Virus record (IMG/VR): IMGVR_UViG_3300046779_000619
Span: 1-60,293 of that record
Direction: 5' to 3' (one strand)
DNA from: a virus
Taxonomy: Duplodnaviria > Caudoviricetes
Length of the DNA stretch: 60,293 nt
Every line of letters begins with the position of its first letter. Position 1 is the stretch's first letter. Below the pieces are notes generated by a model. That model made no database searches. It had not been told where the DNA came from and saw only the letters and a program-made list of their open reading frames with translations. Both the position numbers and the translations under genes were made by a program. This document shows positions 46,927 to 55,626 of the stretch, piece by piece.

Positions 46927-47169
46927 TCAACCCATCTTCATTAAGATTGTAACTACAATAGCTAGAACTCCTGCAATAACAGTTCCTGCTGTGCCAATGA
47001 TAACTTTGGTTAGGCTTTTTTGGCCTTCTACAATATCAGTGTGTACTGTGGCTACCTTATCTTCTAAAGAAGAAAGGCGTGTATCTAGCTGCTGATAACG
47101 TAGGGCACATAAATCAACGTGCGCTTCTAAACTCTGCTTTTCTAAACTCGTAGTCGGCTGTGTCGACAT
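46927..47169 (-). CDS. Coiled-coil protein with C-terminal TM
   Basis: LEAHVDLCALRY...hydrophobic tail; GGAG SD. Confidence 0.75.
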   Translation of the reverse strand: MSTQPTTSLEKQSLEAHVDLCALRYQQLDTRLSSLEDKVATVHTDIVEGQKSLTKVIIGTAGTVIAGVLAIVVTILMKMG

Positions 47170-47228
47170 AATAAATCTCCAATGGGGTATAAAAACAAAT
47201 ACTATGCCTTAAAGTGCCTTTACTAGAG

Positions 47229-47552
47229 TTATTTATCACTTGCTGTCGTTTCCTTGACCATATTTTTGATTTCTTTTAGGTCTGTAAGAACTTCAACAAC
47301 ATTGTCTTTGGTAACATCCCATTGTTTAATCAGCTTTTTCATTGTGTACATTGCCCACCACCACCATACTACTGCTGCGACAAACATAGTTGTCTCTCCA
47401 ATAATCATAGCTATCGAAACCCAAGAGTCAGTACCAAATCTCCATACAAAGAAAATGCCAGCTAACGCCGATATAGGAAGTACAGCCGCAGCCCATGCCC
47501 ACAGTCTTATTTGTCTTAATGTTTTTTCTCTAAAATCTGTAAATCCTTTCAT
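47229..47552 (-). CDS. Two-TM membrane protein
   Basis: TAAATA 5 nt before ATG. Confidence 0.7.
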   Translation of the reverse strand: MKGFTDFREKTLRQIRLWAWAAAVLPISALAGIFFVWRFGTDSWVSIAMIIGETTMFVAAVVWWWWAMYTMKKLIKQWDVTKDNVVEVLTDLKEIKNMVKETTASDK

Positions 47553-47574
47553 ACACTTATTTAATGTGTATTGT

Positions 47575-47979
47575 TCAAGAATTATGCTTAGATATTATGG
47601 TTATCCATATGTTTTGTTGATCGCCTGTGGTTCGAAATGCTGCTGGAGATATGTCCACATTGTTTAAGAGATCTGCCACAATAGGAACTCCATTTAGATC
47701 TTCTAGTAGTAGTCCTACCGGATTGTTATCTTTGGTAAAGACAAAGTCACGCTCAACAAAAAAATCCCATATCCAATGATTGGCCTTGCCATCACCGTTG
47801 GGCAATCGGCCAGTGTGCATCTCCGGGTCGGTGTGCCATTCTACGTTACTGCGTATGCCAATGGCCTGCAGGAGAGTATTAAAGTTTGCCTGTTGGCCAA
47901 CTTTTATTTTATCTGTTTCTGCTCTTGAGCAGTTTGTTCTAGTGATGTCTACTAGCGTGATTATTTTGAACTGTTGCAT
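47575..47979 (-). CDS. Hypothetical protein
   Basis: TLVDITRT...QQANFNTLLQ. Confidence 0.75.
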   Translation of the reverse strand: MQQFKIITLVDITRTNCSRAETDKIKVGQQANFNTLLQAIGIRSNVEWHTDPEMHTGRLPNGDGKANHWIWDFFVERDFVFTKDNNPVGLLLEDLNGVPIVADLLNNVDISPAAFRTTGDQQNIWITIISKHNS

Positions 47980-48016
47980 ATCCTGATAATATTTACATAT
48001 TATACAGTACAGCCGT

Positions 48017-48040
48017 AAAAAAGCCTACCGAAGTAGGCTT
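48017..48040 (-). terminator. Intrinsic terminator
   Basis: AAGCCTAC-TTCG-GTAGGCTTTTTT. Confidence 0.85.
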
Positions 48041-48069
48041 AGTCTTCCCATCCCGAGGAAGTTTAACTA

Positions 48070-48492
48070 TTAGGTTGATGATAGACCGAATAGAGTTGTT
48101 ACAGATCCAACTTCAACGATAGCAGTTGTAACTGGAGCAGCAACAGTACCTGCAACAGCAGAACCAGAACCAACAGTTCCTAGGTTACCGTTTTCAGCCA
48201 TGTAGTTTACCAATGCACCTGTACCACCTAGTACTTTGTCAGCACGTTTAGCAACGATGTTGCTGTTAAGTGCGTGTGCATCACCGATGATGACCATTGC
48301 GTCAGCGTCAAACTCGATGATTGCGCCAGTTGTACCGAACTCTTGAGCTAGACGCTCCATCTTTCCACCGATTGTACCAGACTCTAAGTCTACGCCTGGT
48401 GCTTCGATTCTAAATGCACGAAGTTGTAGTGTATCGTACAATGTGTCAACTGTAGTAGTTGGGTTTGGGTTTACTCTTGTAAATGTAGCCAT
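48070..48492 (-). CDS. Probable abundant structural protein
   Basis: Own TATAAATA promoter, AAGGAG SD and terminator; Gly/Ala/Thr-rich. Confidence 0.75.
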   Translation of the reverse strand: MATFTRVNPNPTTTVDTLYDTLQLRAFRIEAPGVDLESGTIGGKMERLAQEFGTTGAIIEFDADAMVIIGDAHALNSNIVAKRADKVLGGTGALVNYMAENGNLGTVGSGSAVAGTVAAPVTTAIVEVGSVTTLFGLSST

Positions 48493-48537
48493 GATATTTT
48501 CTCCTTAATCAATAGTCCCGCTCCGGGACCGGCATAG

Positions 48538-48545
48538 TATTTATA
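48538..48545 (-). promoter_or_regulatory. T4-type late promoter
   Basis: TATAAATA followed by GTCCC-GGAGC-GGGAC hairpin. Confidence 0.65.
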
Positions 48546-48575
48546 TTGGAGATAAAAAATCGGCGGTTTACGGTC

Positions 48576-49766
48576 TTAATCGGCTCGAAATGGGGTCCAA
48601 CGATGTCTAGGAACTAGCTTAACATCTTGGTAAACATAGCCCTCGCCGCCGGGCTGTCCTGCTGTGTGAGCAACGATGTCACCCTGGGCTTGATCTAGTT
48701 CAGCGATGACTTCGTTTTTAGCTTTCATAAGTTCAGTTACGAGTTCAAAAACAATATCTAGTATGCCGTTAAACTTAGTGTTGTGCTCGGATATTTTCTT
48801 CAACTTTGCAGGAGTTGCAGATAACCAACTAAAGAAGGATTCTGCATTGATATCATCTAACTGCTTGGCCTTGCTTTTTGTGTTAACAAAGGTATAGAGT
48901 GTATCTCTAAGGTATCCCATACCTGCTACAGGATCTAGAAACTGATTGATGTTTGAAGCGTTTTTGTTTATGATCTGCTGTATTCTTGTTAGATTGTCAG
49001 CATCTACAGCCGGTTGATGATTAACATAGGTTTGACCAAACACTACAAGATCAGCGCCGCGGAACTCAGTAACATCTTCTATCGGTTCGCCTTCTTTGTC
49101 GCCAAAGTATTCTAGTTTCTTGTGTGCAACTACAGCAACTTTCTTGCCGGCGATTAGTCTACCGTAATCGCTTACACCTTTAACACTGTAGGTAGTTTGA
49201 TTAGGAGTGAAAGTAATACGCCCATCGGCACCTTCGTAAGGCTTACCGGGATGAAACAAGATATCTCCGTAGACATATCCTCTAAACTTTTCAGGAGTTG
49301 CTGCTTCAAAGACGGGCCACATAGCAGCCATATCACTGGCAAACTTAGGGCGCCACTCTTCGCCCTTGCCTCTGCTGTTGATAAAGTCTTCTAGTTCTTT
49401 AGGACTATTGCTAGCGCCTTCTTCACGACCCCAGTTGTTCTTTCCAACCATTCGAAACTGTCCGTTAGGCTCTCGTCCCCAATAGACTGTAGGGCTTCCG
49501 TCCCACTTGACCGTAATGTCCCTAGCGTCTTGAGACATGCTCATTAGCAGTTTAACAGCACGAGCGGCACCATTTTGTTCTGTGAATACTAAATCTTCAA
49601 GGTGATTAAACTCGCGCCCTACTTTCTTAGGAGCGGCTACATCTTCGTTGGTTTTCTTACGCCCAGCACAGTGAGCCTTCTGACTAAACCCTTTGGGGTT
49701 TGAGCAGTTGATTGAGCTTTTGTACTTCTTGCTCCACTTCTCAGTTACGATCTCAAATGCTCTCAT
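48576..49766 (-). CDS. Ligase-like (KxDG) protein, DUF6267-like
   Basis: HLED, VKWDGSP, GDILF, GEGYV, KLV. Confidence 0.7.
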   Translation of the reverse strand: MRAFEIVTEKWSKKYKSSINCSNPKGFSQKAHCAGRKKTNEDVAAPKKVGREFNHLEDLVFTEQNGAARAVKLLMSMSQDARDITVKWDGSPTVYWGREPNGQFRMVGKNNWGREEGASNSPKELEDFINSRGKGEEWRPKFASDMAAMWPVFEAATPEKFRGYVYGDILFHPGKPYEGADGRITFTPNQTTYSVKGVSDYGRLIAGKKVAVVAHKKLEYFGDKEGEPIEDVTEFRGADLVVFGQTYVNHQPAVDADNLTRIQQIINKNASNINQFLDPVAGMGYLRDTLYTFVNTKSKAKQLDDINAESFFSWLSATPAKLKKISEHNTKFNGILDIVFELVTELMKAKNEVIAELDQAQGDIVAHTAGQPGGEGYVYQDVKLVPRHRWTPFRAD

Positions 49767-50533
49767 CTCACCACTTCAATCATCTTACGGAACCAAGCAT
49801 TTGTTCCTGGGGTATAACTTTCTAGTTTGTTTGCGGTTGGCAGTTCAACTCCGTCTTTGGACAGTGTATCTCTAGCATCAGCCACTAGTTCTTCATAGTT
49901 GGGCAGTTTAATAATGTAGTCAATGATTGCTTCTGGATCTTCGATGTTCTTAGAAGTAGCTGAAAGCCCCAATAGCTTTTTGGCTATTTCGTTTGGGTCT
50001 TTTGTAATAACATCGTTGGTTTCTCTGTTGACTAACCCGTTTTGAAAACTCCACTTGAGTCCTTTAGTTTTAGCAATGCTGGCTAGGATGATGTGTCTAT
50101 GGCTACCTTTTAGATCACTGCCTTCTCTGCCGCCTGTCATTGACCACTTTAACCAGTTAGGCTCTCCAAACATAAAGTCTGCTTGTACATAACCGTTGTC
50201 TTCGTCTCCTTTGATAGGAGTCTTAAAGTGAACACTGATGCCACTCTTGCGGATCCAATCCTTAGGATTGCCACCTTTCTTAGTAATATAAGCAGATAGG
50301 TTTGCTACAAACTCATCCTTGCTTACTTTATTGGAATCAATAGCTAGATCCAAATCGCCAGACATTTCTTTCTTGCCTGTAGTGCCTAGCATGTAATCTG
50401 TTAGTTCTAGTCCTGTAACAGTTTCTAACCATTGGACTGTAGGTAAAACATCAGCCTTGCTGATGCTTAGTGTAAGTATGCTGCCTGCATCGTCTTTAAA
50501 TACGCCGCCGCCTTCAAGTAGTTTTGTCTTCAT
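49763..50533 (-). CDS. Pol-beta-type nucleotidyltransferase-like protein
   Basis: LGTTGKKEMSGDLDLAI...VQADFM. Confidence 0.65.
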   Translation of the reverse strand: MKTKLLEGGGVFKDDAGSILTLSISKADVLPTVQWLETVTGLELTDYMLGTTGKKEMSGDLDLAIDSNKVSKDEFVANLSAYITKKGGNPKDWIRKSGISVHFKTPIKGDEDNGYVQADFMFGEPNWLKWSMTGGREGSDLKGSHRHIILASIAKTKGLKWSFQNGLVNRETNDVITKDPNEIAKKLLGLSATSKNIEDPEAIIDYIIKLPNYEELVADARDTLSKDGVELPTANKLESYTPGTNAWFRKMIEVVR

Positions 50534-50807
50534 TTGATTCGTCTAATCTACGTTTTTCTTTGCGGGACTCGGCAATTTTGCGCACACCCCTAGTAAACTT
50601 CGCTGGATCTGATCCTTTGATAGCATTGATCAATCTGCGCTCAAGCTCATCTGCCTGTTCTGGACCGTAATGCTTGTGTATGCTTTCGATGAGGTTTATT
50701 GCAGAGTTGATGATATTAACTGCTCTGCTTTCTACGAGCGAGTCAGTATTGCGCACTTCTGCGATTTCATTCAGCTCTTGCAAAATGGATCTAGTTTTAA
50801 GTTTCAT
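50514..50807 (-). CDS. Hypothetical protein
   Basis: 97 aa, TAAATA upstream. Confidence 0.75.
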   Translation of the reverse strand: MKLKTRSILQELNEIAEVRNTDSLVESRAVNIINSAINLIESIHKHYGPEQADELERRLINAIKGSDPAKFTRGVRKIAESRKEKRRLDESNEDKTT

Positions 50808-50969
50808 TTTTATCCTAGCGTGATAGTGTATTTAATCCAATCTATTCGTTTTATTTTACAGTATTTTTTCGGTGAAATCAATGGCTTTACTTTTGTGCGG
50901 TTGCAGCATATACTGGACTAAATACTCAGTAGAAACCATGAGTCTCTACTAACAGATTAAGGACACACA

Positions 50970-51152
50970 ATGTTACTAAACTCAATGATAGCCTATATTA
51001 CCAGGCAACTCAAACAGGTAGAAAAGCCTGCAACCTACGGCAGTGAGCTGGAGCGATATATCGTTTCCAAAAACCCAACTACCGCAGCAGAAATCGATCA
51101 CTGGACTCGCCAGTTTGATCGCAACCAAACAACTAAAGGATGGCCACTATGA
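50970..51152 (+). CDS. Small hypothetical protein
   Basis: AAGGA SD; TAAATA at ~50919. Confidence 0.7.
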   Translation: MLLNSMIAYITRQLKQVEKPATYGSELERYIVSKNPTTAAEIDHWTRQFDRNQTTKGWPL

Positions 51153-51271
51153 AAACAATCATGAACGTACTATACGAGTTCTTCGTATCGATGGGTAAAG
51201 CTAAAGCGGCCACCGCATTGGCTCGCATGGGCGACTACGAATCAGCTAAACACATAATGACAGGCAAGTAA
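51149..51271 (+). CDS. Small protein (40 aa, not in ORF track)
   Basis: MKTIMNVLYEFFVSMGKAKAA...GK; ATGA overlap and AAAGGA SD. Confidence 0.6.
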   Translation: MKTIMNVLYEFFVSMGKAKAATALARMGDYESAKHIMTGK

Positions 51272-51272
51272 A

Positions 51273-51848
51273 ATGCCGCACTTAGTATATCGCCTACAGC
51301 CTCACGAGTACCCAAGGTACCGCAAGCATCTGTTGGCCTTAGACGAAGAAAGCAGATACACTCGCTTTGGCTTTCATGTCAAAGACGAGGTTATCGAGCA
51401 GCTCTGTACTACATTTGAAAACAATCCTAAAGAACACAAGATCTTTGTAATCGAAAACGACGAACTAGAAGTTGTTGCTGCTGGACATATCAGTCTAGTA
51501 GGCGGAGAAACCGAACTGGCATTTAGTGTGCTAACGCCTTATAGAAAGCAGGGCATGGGCAGTAGCCTAATGAGTCGCTGTGTTGAATGGTGTCAAAACC
51601 GCAACATCAAAGGCGGCTGTATGGTATGCTTGACCTCTAACACAGCCATTAAGAAGCTGGCCAGCAAGCACGGCATACTGATCAATGAAGGCGGCGAAAC
51701 ACTTGCGGACATTAAGATTCCAGATGCCACTGCGTCTAGTGTCATGCACGAAGTTGTTGAAAGCAACATGGCGAAGATGGATCATCTAGGAAAACTTCAA
51801 AGAAGGTTTGCCAGAATGCTCACATTTCCGTTGCTATTTAAACAATAG
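51273..51848 (+). CDS. GNAT acetyltransferase
   Basis: ELAFSVLTPYRKQGMGS...N.AIKKLA. Confidence 0.88.
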   Translation: MPHLVYRLQPHEYPRYRKHLLALDEESRYTRFGFHVKDEVIEQLCTTFENNPKEHKIFVIENDELEVVAAGHISLVGGETELAFSVLTPYRKQGMGSSLMSRCVEWCQNRNIKGGCMVCLTSNTAIKKLASKHGILINEGGETLADIKIPDATASSVMHEVVESNMAKMDHLGKLQRRFARMLTFPLLFKQ

Positions 51849-51916
51849 AGATATATACTAATACATCAGCTGCAAGGATGCAGCAGATCGTAACACATAC
51901 ACACAAGGAGAAAAAT

Positions 51917-52141
51917 ATGTTTACACACAACACAATCATCGACACCGTTCAAGGTGCAAAAAAGCAGTTCGTTAACACATTCGTTACCGACGCTAAGTTC
52001 AAAGCAGAACTAAACAAACTCATCGATGCTCAAGCAGCCGCTGCTAAGACTTCCGTCGAAGCAAGCCTAGCTATTGCTCAAGCACTTACCAAGCAAGCAA
52101 CTGACACATTCAAAGCATGTGTTCCTGCTTATACAAAATAA
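51917..52141 (+). CDS. Ala-rich amphipathic helical protein (phasin-like)
   Basis: AAGGAG SD; composition only. Confidence 0.55.
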   Translation: MFTHNTIIDTVQGAKKQFVNTFVTDAKFKAELNKLIDAQAAAAKTSVEASLAIAQALTKQATDTFKACVPAYTK

Positions 52142-52169
52142 TCATAACTACACAGACAGAGAAAATATT

Positions 52170-52439
52170 ATGACACAACCAGAAATGAAACTACCAGAAG
52201 TAAAATTTAACAAAAACGGTTACGAAATCCGTACAGACATCTTGGCTATGGCTAAAGATGTTGTTATGCAAGACTATCAAGTCAAGTTTGCAGGATGGCA
52301 AATGTCTGCTGCAAAAGACGAAAAGTCTGGTCAAATCGTTACACAAGTAGGCATGCCAGAGTTTCCAGGGATGGAAAAGATTCTCGAAGCTGCTGAAAAG
52401 ATGTACGCTTTTGTTAATACTGGTGCTAATAAAAAATAA
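52170..52439 (+). CDS. Conserved phage hypothetical protein
   Basis: KNGYEIRTDILAMAK...AEKMYAFV. Confidence 0.75.
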   Translation: MTQPEMKLPEVKFNKNGYEIRTDILAMAKDVVMQDYQVKFAGWQMSAAKDEKSGQIVTQVGMPEFPGMEKILEAAEKMYAFVNTGANKK

Positions 52440-52499
52440 TACTCCCTATTAGGGATGATGCAAATATATCCGAGCATAGCTCAAATATTATAGTAGAAT

Positions 52500-52528
52500 A
52501 AAAAAGGACTCTTCGGAGTCCTTTTTTT
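52500..52528. terminator. Bidirectional intrinsic terminator
   Basis: AAAAAAGGACTC-TTCG-GAGTCCTTTTTTT. Confidence 0.9.
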
Positions 52529-53231
52529 ATGTTCGAATAGTTGCTAACTTAAAACGTTCTAGCAGTTTGATGTAAAACCAACCAATATCAAACTCAAACC
52601 AACGTTTACTTAACTTAGGACTTGCTGGATCTAAGTGATGGTTGTTATGAAGTTCTTCGCCACCAATAACAAAACCAATAGGACTAATATTACGACTATT
52701 ATCTTTTGAATTACCATTAGTGTATCCTGTCCAGTGTCCGATTCCATTTATAACTCCTGCTGCCCAAAAAGGTATCCATAACATTTGAATACCCCATACT
52801 ACTAAACCTATAGGGCCAAAAAGAACAAGGTCTATAGCCAACATGATTAAAATACCTAAGCGACTGTACGGAGTATAGACTCGACGTTCAACCCAATCGT
52901 CTGGTGTTCCTACTCCGTATTGTTGTATCATCTCAGTGTCTTTGCTAGCAGCGTGATATAACCCTGCTCCTTTGAATAGGACTTTGAATATTCCGTATAC
53001 ACTAGGGCTGTGAGGATCACCGGGATTATCGCTGTACCTATGATGCTTACGATGTATTGCTACCCATTGCTTGGTAACCATTCCGGTTGTGAGCCATAGC
53101 CATAATCTAAAAAAGTGGTTGACTACTGGGTGAAAGGACACACCTTTGTGTGTTTGTGATCTGTGTAAAAATAGGGTCACACAGATGATAGTAATGTGGG
53201 TCATTACTAGAGTTGCTAATATTGTATTCAT
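52527..53231 (-). CDS. desA: Delta-9 acyl-CoA/fatty acid desaturase
   Basis: His boxes LHRSQTH, HRKHH, HNNHH; FDIGW. Confidence 0.92.
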   Translation of the reverse strand: MNTILATLVMTHITIICVTLFLHRSQTHKGVSFHPVVNHFFRLWLWLTTGMVTKQWVAIHRKHHRYSDNPGDPHSPSVYGIFKVLFKGAGLYHAASKDTEMIQQYGVGTPDDWVERRVYTPYSRLGILIMLAIDLVLFGPIGLVVWGIQMLWIPFWAAGVINGIGHWTGYTNGNSKDNSRNISPIGFVIGGEELHNNHHLDPASPKLSKRWFEFDIGWFYIKLLERFKLATIRT

Positions 53232-53274
53232 TAAGTATTTACAACTTATTTGATCTATGTTACAATAAGCAACT

Positions 53275-53505
53275 ATGACAAAACTCAACGACGCACTACA
53301 GTGGCTAGGTGCAGGTTTCATTATTTTGGGCCACATCTTTAACAGCATAGGTCCTGCAACATACCCATGGAATATTGTTGTATTTGCTATCGGTACTATA
53401 TTGTTTTTAACATGGGCTGTGCGAGTATCTAATAAACCTCAAGCCGTAGTTAACATAGTTTCGTTGCTGATAGGATTATTTGGACTTTACAAGGCTTTTG
53501 CATGA
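53275..53505 (+). CDS. Small three-TM membrane protein
   Basis: Hydrophobic; YPWN motif. Confidence 0.7.
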   Translation: MTKLNDALQWLGAGFIILGHIFNSIGPATYPWNIVVFAIGTILFLTWAVRVSNKPQAVVNIVSLLIGLFGLYKAFA

Positions 53506-54086
53506 TCAACAAACTTATACTCACAGACGCAGATGGTGTACTCTTAGACTGGGAATGGGCATTCCGTGTATGGATGCTAGAACACGGACACACTTTTAAT
53601 GACGAGGGCAAGGATCAATACAGCCTGCATCATCACTATCTCGGTACAACCAAAGACGATATCAAAAAGCTGGTTAAGATTTTCAACGAGTCGGCCGCTA
53701 TTGGCTTTTTACCTGCACTGCGAGACAGTGTACACTATGTCAAAAGATTGCACGAAGAACACGGATATCAGTTCCGTGTGATTACCAGTCTTAGTCTAGA
53801 TGTAAACGCAGGTAAGCTTCGCGAAATGAATCTGCGCAAACTGTTCGGCAATGCTATCGAAAGTGTTATCTGTTTAGATACAGGAGCAGATAAAGATCAA
53901 GCTCTCGAACCTTACAAAGACAGTGGCATGTTCTGGATTGAAGACAAACCAGAAAACGCTGATGTAGGCCACGCACTAGGACTGCGTAGCATCTTAGTTG
54001 AGCACGGACATAATATGCATCATCTCTGCAACTACGATATTGCAAAGAACTGGAAACAGATTTACGACATCGTAACATCCAACTAA
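53502..54086 (+). CDS. HAD-family phosphatase/nucleotidase
   Basis: LTDADGVLLDW...WIEDK. Confidence 0.85.
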   Translation: MINKLILTDADGVLLDWEWAFRVWMLEHGHTFNDEGKDQYSLHHHYLGTTKDDIKKLVKIFNESAAIGFLPALRDSVHYVKRLHEEHGYQFRVITSLSLDVNAGKLREMNLRKLFGNAIESVICLDTGADKDQALEPYKDSGMFWIEDKPENADVGHALGLRSILVEHGHNMHHLCNYDIAKNWKQIYDIVTSN

Positions 54087-54093
54087 ATATTTC

Positions 54094-54197
54094 ATGGGGA
54101 GTAGCCTGCCTACACTGTAGGTCTTTTACATCGTCAATACGACATTGAGCGAACAATGTCCGGTGTATTAGGGGAATAGGTCCTTGGCAAGACCAAT
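54094..54197 (+). ncRNA. yybP-ykoY (Mn2+) riboswitch
   Basis: GGGGAGUAGC...CGUCAAUAC...CCGG...GGCAAGACC directly upstream of a TerC gene. Confidence 0.88.
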
Positions 54198-54213
54198 TCT
54201 TAAGGAGACTCTC

Positions 54214-54906
54214 ATGGAGTTATTTTCGCTTCAAGCCCTCTGGGCATTTCTTGCTATCATATTGATAGACATTGTGTTAGCTGGTGATAACGCTCTTGTT
54301 ATCGGAATGGCGGCTAATAAACTACCGGATCACTTACGTAAGAAGGCAATCTTCTGGGGTACCTTTGGTGCTATCGCTATACGCTTTGTATCAGTTGCGG
54401 CACTAACATACTTGTTAATGATTCCGGGCTTACGTGCTATTGGGGCGGCAGCACTTGTATGGATCGGTTGGAAACTTGTGTTTGATTCAGGCGAACATAA
54501 TATCGAGGCCAAAGATACATTTTGGGGTGCTATAGGTACCATTGTTGTTGCTGATGCTGTTATGGGGATCGATAACGCACTAGGCATTGCCGCTGCCGCT
54601 AATGGAAACTTTGTACTAATCATTGCCGGTCTATTGATCAGTGTGCCAATCATCTTGTTTGGTGCCACATTAGTCAGCAAGATTTTACAGCGTTGGCCAG
54701 ATACTGTGTTCATTGGTAGCTTTGTATTATTTGCTGTGGCGTTCTTAATGTTAATGAAAGAACCCTTGTTAGTTGCTTGGTGGGCAGGACTAGCACCTTG
54801 GGCTGCTGCTGTAGTACCTTGGGCCGCAGCGTTAGTTATTACTGCTGTTCAGTACAATCAAGCAAGATTACATTTACACAAGAAGTATTTGTTCAAAACG
54901 AATTAA
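54214..54906 (+). CDS. TerC-family (YjbE/Alx-like) metal transport membrane protein
   Basis: IDIVLAGDNA; ADAVMGIDNA; AAGGAG SD. Confidence 0.92.
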   Translation: MELFSLQALWAFLAIILIDIVLAGDNALVIGMAANKLPDHLRKKAIFWGTFGAIAIRFVSVAALTYLLMIPGLRAIGAAALVWIGWKLVFDSGEHNIEAKDTFWGAIGTIVVADAVMGIDNALGIAAAANGNFVLIIAGLLISVPIILFGATLVSKILQRWPDTVFIGSFVLFAVAFLMLMKEPLLVAWWAGLAPWAAAVVPWAAALVITAVQYNQARLHLHKKYLFKTN

Positions 54907-55513
54907 CAAAATCTAGCAGTAACTTGTAATGAATACCTTGATGCCAATGCGGCTCAAGGTATTTTTTATTGTACCAATAATGTTGACTTTCTGGATGACA
55001 CCCTATTAATCCTATACGATTTTGTACTATTGCCATGGCATCCATATTAGGATAAGTTGCTACTGTTTTGAATCCAGTTCCTTCAAACGCACATCCGTCA
55101 TAAAAATACATCTTATGTTTTTCGTTATTCCACATCACCGGCATTGCTTTAGGGTGAGGGCGATGGGTATCTGTTCTTGGGCGTTTGATGTATTGTTCTA
55201 TATCGACGTTATCTAATAAATCAAAATAATATTTTCCAGCCCAATATGCCCCCATACAAATACCCAAGTATTGTCCGCCTCGTTTTACAAATTCTCTAAC
55301 AGGATCTGCATTCCATTTCATTAGTGTATCAAAGCGATCAGCATCGCCGGTGCCGCCGGGAAAACAGACGCAGTCTACATCGTCAAAGAATGTAGCTTCT
55401 ACTTCGTCTCGTGAAAATAGTTTAAATGAATGTTGCGGGGATAATGCTTTAATGATGCCGTTTGCTGAATCGACTGCACAGATTGGCTGATGAATGAATA
55501 AAGCAATTTGCAT
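54893..55513 (-). CDS. BPL_N / class I glutamine-amidotransferase-like protein
   Basis: FPGG...YLGICMGAY...CHPE. Confidence 0.82.
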   Translation of the reverse strand: MQIALFIHQPICAVDSANGIIKALSPQHSFKLFSRDEVEATFFDDVDCVCFPGGTGDADRFDTLMKWNADPVREFVKRGGQYLGICMGAYWAGKYYFDLLDNVDIEQYIKRPRTDTHRPHPKAMPVMWNNEKHKMYFYDGCAFEGTGFKTVATYPNMDAMAIVQNRIGLIGCHPESQHYWYNKKYLEPHWHQGIHYKLLLDFVNSF

Positions 55514-55524
55514 TGATAAAATAA

Positions 55525-55623
55525 GTGCTCACTTAGAGAATCATTCCAGGGCACGACTCCTATAATTCTCCGCCCAGCAGCCGGGCCACACTTGTAACGC
55601 AAAGCGTTCCTAAGGTAGTGTGA
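55525..55623 (-). ncRNA. Candidate structured RNA (three stems, possible pseudoknot)
   Basis: CACAC/GUGUG enclosing AACGC/GCGUU; GCCC/GGGC; GAGAAUUAU/AUGAUUCUC. Confidence 0.55.
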
Positions 55624-55626
55624 TCT

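Noticed and set aside
55399-55602. 67-aa ORF upstream of the BPL_N gene
   Set aside because: Starts inside the structured element and overlaps the real gene out of frame.
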